Below are positions 60,595 to 64,000 of a stretch of 64,000 nucleotides of DNA, one piece after another. The stretch lies in IMG/VR virus record IMGVR_UViG_2940228231_000002, positions 49,741 through 113,740 of that record, one strand, 5' to 3'. The notes under the pieces were generated by a model. It did not search any database. It was not told the DNA's origin and saw only the letters and a program-made list of their open reading frames with translations. The translations under genes were made by a program, and so were the position numbers. How positions within the stretch are numbered: position 1 is the stretch's first letter; every line of letters starts with the position of its first letter. The DNA is from a virus (Duplodnaviria > Caudoviricetes).

Positions 60595-62345
60595 TGGAAG
60601 AAAGAATTACAAACAACAAAAACAATCTTTTCACTGGGGTGACAACTATTGAGTTATTTGATAGTGAAACTGGCGATAAAGTTTACGAATATAAAAAAGA
60701 AAATACTTACAATGAAAGAATTCCGTGGATAAACTATCTTTCCACAATGATGAAAAGTGGTAGTGATAAATTCCCCACTGCGAATACAGATGATACTAAA
60801 TGTTTTCAAGCACATGAGGGCAATTACCAATATAGTGTTTATGATCATTTAAAGTATAACAAAACAGAGGATTTATTTTACAGGTACCAAAATATACAGT
60901 GGCCAAAGAAAGCTACTGGTGGATCAACTTCAAACTACTACATTCCTTTCTGTGACTTGGTGTTGACAAATAACACACTGCCTTCTAGTTCAACTGGGGA
61001 GTTTAACGGTTCTCAAATAGGCATCGCTAACTTTCTTATGGACTATTCAGACGATAGAGCCTGTACTGGAATGATCAATAATCTAGAGAGCAGATTTGAC
61101 AACGACAAACTGCGTCTTGTGTTTGACTTTGATACGGCAAAGTGCCACGGAACATTTGACTCAGTATGGCTTCTTCCTGCTTTTATATATAGTAGCAGTT
61201 CTATAACTACAGCCAGTATTAAACCGTTTACCTCGTTTAGTTTTTTAACAGAAACAAAATCTACAGTTGCATATAACTACAAAAGATTTGCGACCAATAC
61301 AAACTATTTAACAGTTAATAGGCTGAATCAGAGATATCATACGCTGATGGATATATATAATGGCAGTGCCACTACCTCAACAATTAACGGCATCTCTCTA
61401 CACAATCAGGATGGAGATGAGATTAGCTCTATGGCAATTACTGGCTCTGTCAAGTCAAGTGCATATTTCTTTAATATTTATTTTGACGAAGAAAGAAACA
61501 GGGTTTATGGAATTTCACCTACTTCTTCACATGCAGTTTCTACAACATATCCAACAGATGTGGCAGCTATTAATGCAACTATAAAGGAGTTATACTATTT
61601 AGATCTCACTACTGGGCAGTATGTATCATGCGGGACAATGTCCGATTTAATTGGCGCAACGGCAAACCCTACGCAATTTGACCCTGCAATCAATATGGCC
61701 TTTGACGTTTGTTATGTGAACAACGAGGTCTATTTAGTGTTTAACTATGGGGTAACCGCAGAGCGTTCAAGAGTTTATGATATTAAGAAATTGTCCTTTA
61801 CAGATAATGGAATCTCCTCTGAGGATATTTTGAAAGTGAAGCTTTATCATGGTGTGTTCAATACTGGTTTATCGCAATACAGACAAATAACTATTGGACA
61901 TGATGGTGATATTTATCTTCTTGGCTCTCCAGATGAGACGCAAAAAACGGCACTGGATAAAATGATCAGAGTAAATCTAAATAATAAAGAAATTGTAAAC
62001 GATGTGATTTCTGTTCCTAATTATGGCTCATCGTTTTATTATGGTTTTAACTCTGACACTATAAAATCATATTCAACTGCATATGTGCATTATGACGATA
62101 ACGTATCTAAGGACGCAAATTGTTTTGGCTATAACAACATCTCTACGGCGTTGAGCAATATAAATGTGTCAGCCAGTTCTGTTAAGACCGTGGAGTTTTT
62201 CGATACTTTTAGTATCACTACTCCTTGGACAACGCATAATAAACTGACCGAGCCAGTTATTAAAGACGAGACTAAGACCATGAAAATTACATATGATATT
62301 ATCTGGGACAGACCATTAGATGACGTATTGAAGAAACTGAAATAA
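60594..62345 (+). CDS. Putative receptor-binding/baseplate protein
   Basis: G.T.IELFD N-terminus, L..PV.K...TMKITY C-terminus and a variable Ser/Thr/Tyr-rich middle. Confidence 0.6.
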   Translation: MEERITNNKNNLFTGVTTIELFDSETGDKVYEYKKENTYNERIPWINYLSTMMKSGSDKFPTANTDDTKCFQAHEGNYQYSVYDHLKYNKTEDLFYRYQNIQWPKKATGGSTSNYYIPFCDLVLTNNTLPSSSTGEFNGSQIGIANFLMDYSDDRACTGMINNLESRFDNDKLRLVFDFDTAKCHGTFDSVWLLPAFIYSSSSITTASIKPFTSFSFLTETKSTVAYNYKRFATNTNYLTVNRLNQRYHTLMDIYNGSATTSTINGISLHNQDGDEISSMAITGSVKSSAYFFNIYFDEERNRVYGISPTSSHAVSTTYPTDVAAINATIKELYYLDLTTGQYVSCGTMSDLIGATANPTQFDPAINMAFDVCYVNNEVYLVFNYGVTAERSRVYDIKKLSFTDNGISSEDILKVKLYHGVFNTGLSQYRQITIGHDGDIYLLGSPDETQKTALDKMIRVNLNNKEIVNDVISVPNYGSSFYYGFNSDTIKSYSTAYVHYDDNVSKDANCFGYNNISTALSNINVSASSVKTVEFFDTFSITTPWTTHNKLTEPVIKDETKTMKITYDIIWDRPLDDVLKKLK

Positions 62346-62358
62346 GGAGGTGCATTAA

Positions 62359-62829
62359 ATGAAGACAACTGAAAAAGTAAGTGTCCTAAAAATTAATCGC
62401 CTCTCTGAAGAACAATATAATAAAGCATATGAAGACGGCACGCTCGACCCCACCGCTTTCTACTTGACGCCAGATAATACCGAGGCACTACTTGAGGCGA
62501 AGGTCGATAAGGTGACTGGCAAGGGATTGTCGAGCAATGACTTTACCGATGAACACAAGGCACGTTTAGAGAGACAGCCCTACTACACAGAAGATATCCT
62601 AGTTTCTTCCAATTGGGATTCTTCAGATCAAACATATAATTTTGAACTAACATATCCAAACGCCAGATTTGAGATAGAAATACAACCGAGACATATTTGC
62701 ACCAAAGCTCAAATCGATGCTTGGATGTTGGCAATGATTTTTTGCTCGTATGAGTCTAATGTCATTAAGGCATTTGGAACTATTCCATCTGTTGACATAC
62801 CTATAGTCATAAGAGTGATGGAAAAATGA
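62359..62829 (+). CDS. Tail fibre-associated protein
   Basis: KVDKVTGKGLSSNDFT...K..L motif common in phage fibre proteins. Confidence 0.65.
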   Translation: MKTTEKVSVLKINRLSEEQYNKAYEDGTLDPTAFYLTPDNTEALLEAKVDKVTGKGLSSNDFTDEHKARLERQPYYTEDILVSSNWDSSDQTYNFELTYPNARFEIEIQPRHICTKAQIDAWMLAMIFCSYESNVIKAFGTIPSVDIPIVIRVMEK

Positions 62830-62918
62830 GAACACTGACTTGATAAAGAAATTATTGAAGATATGAAAAGTAAAAGACGTTTAGGCGTCTTTTTTTATTT
62901 GTGAAAAGGAGAATTATA

Positions 62919-63713
62919 ATGGCTAGTAAAAAGAAATATAAAGTTGGTATTTTCTGCGGCCACGGAAAGAGCTTAGATGGCTCTTGGGACCCAGGAACTA
63001 CATACAATAAAGAAAGTGAAGCAGCACTTATGTTGCCAATTACAAAGGCAGCGGTTAAGTACTTAAAGGCAAGTGGAATTACAGTGGTAACAGATGCTAC
63101 TAGTGGCAATGATATCAATATGGTAAAACAGGTAGAAAAGGCAAATAAGGAAAAGGTGGATATTTTTGTGAGTATTCACTGTGACTGGTATATCGCCCCT
63201 ACTGGCACTATGCCTCTATATCTGACCACTAAGGGCAAAGCAATCGCTAAAGCAATTGACAAGCGTGTTAAGGCAGATATGAAAATGACTACTAGAGGAT
63301 TGACCAAAAGAAAAGATTTGTATGAGCTTACGGCGACTAATATGCCTGCCTGCATCTATGAGACTGGTAGCATTAAGGCAGATTTGACTAAATTGAAAAA
63401 GTCCGATGCTTATGGCAAGGCGATTGCTAAGGGAATTTGCGACTACTTAAAAGTTACTTTTGTAGATAATAGCACCCCTACAACTCCTGCTAAGCCAAAC
63501 AATCCGCCTAAGACACCATTTAAGATTAAGGCAAAGGGCAATCTGATCGTCAGAAAAGAGCCGTCCTTAAAATCCGACAAAGTGAGTGCTACTTGCGCTA
63601 AGGGTGGCGTTTATACCATTGTCGAAGTCAACAAAGACGGTACTAGAGGTAAATTAAAATCTGGTGCTGGCTGGATTACGATTACGGATAAGTATGTAGA
63701 AGTGGTGAAATAA
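62919..63713 (+). CDS. Endolysin: N-acetylmuramoyl-L-alanine amidase (Amidase_3) with an SH3-like cell-wall-binding domain
   Basis: GHG...E...SIH...ETG Zn-amidase motifs; Pro/Thr linker; GKLKSGAGWI SH3b-like end. Confidence 0.9.
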   Translation: MASKKKYKVGIFCGHGKSLDGSWDPGTTYNKESEAALMLPITKAAVKYLKASGITVVTDATSGNDINMVKQVEKANKEKVDIFVSIHCDWYIAPTGTMPLYLTTKGKAIAKAIDKRVKADMKMTTRGLTKRKDLYELTATNMPACIYETGSIKADLTKLKKSDAYGKAIAKGICDYLKVTFVDNSTPTTPAKPNNPPKTPFKIKAKGNLIVRKEPSLKSDKVSATCAKGGVYTIVEVNKDGTRGKLKSGAGWITITDKYVEVVK

Positions 63714-64000
63714 TGTTCAAGAATATAAAAAAGATTTTCAACGACAAACCTTGGCGTGAAGTTAAGACTAGAAAAATCGTGCTATTCATTTGTATGCTGT
63801 CTGTATTTATATATACGGTGCTTGCAATGATTTTTCAATGCACTGGAGTTGGTGTGGATAGTACGCTTACTGACAATGTATTCGATTTCTGCAAGTGGCT
63901 CGTGGTGACTGGATGTGCAATTACTATTGCGAAAGTTGCTAAGGGAGATACGAATTCAGATTCTGAAGAAGATGTTGACTGCACAGAAGACGGCGAATAG
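63713..64000 (+). CDS. Putative holin (2 TM)
   Basis: Two hydrophobic helices and an acidic tail; coupled to the endolysin. Confidence 0.65.
   Translation: MFKNIKKIFNDKPWREVKTRKIVLFICMLSVFIYTVLAMIFQCTGVGVDSTLTDNVFDFCKWLVVTGCAITIAKVAKGDTNSDSEEDVDCTEDGE

Overview
This window is about 64 kb of a large, probably temperate, SPbeta-like siphophage or prophage of a low-GC Firmicutes host (the host is an inference). From left to right it contains: leftward early genes (1-2582); a long non-coding strand-switch region; a tyrosine recombinase; two paralogous HTH-like genes; a YonO-type single-subunit RNA polymerase split by three ORF-less group I introns, one of them inside the catalytic DFDGD motif; a metallophosphoesterase; HU; and a tRNA cluster containing a ~640-nt ORF-free structured RNA (GOLLD/ROOL-like). 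Next is an ~11 kb modification island (14946-25840) with three U32-family Fe-S proteins, three radical SAM enzymes (one fused to a GT2 glycosyltransferase), a UPF0489 protein, a DAHP synthase lacking its regulatory domain, and a 168-aa protein ending in ten aromatic-Asn-Ser repeats that looks like the substrate. The terminase, portal, head and tail genes follow. The tape measure gene is split by two more group I introns. The second (1738 nt) carries no homing endonuclease; it holds a type I toxin-antitoxin-like locus, a second sRNA unit and an antisense Zn-ribbon membrane protein gene. Tail-tip, fibre and lysis genes end the window. All calls come from reading motifs and synteny by eye; no database searches were run.
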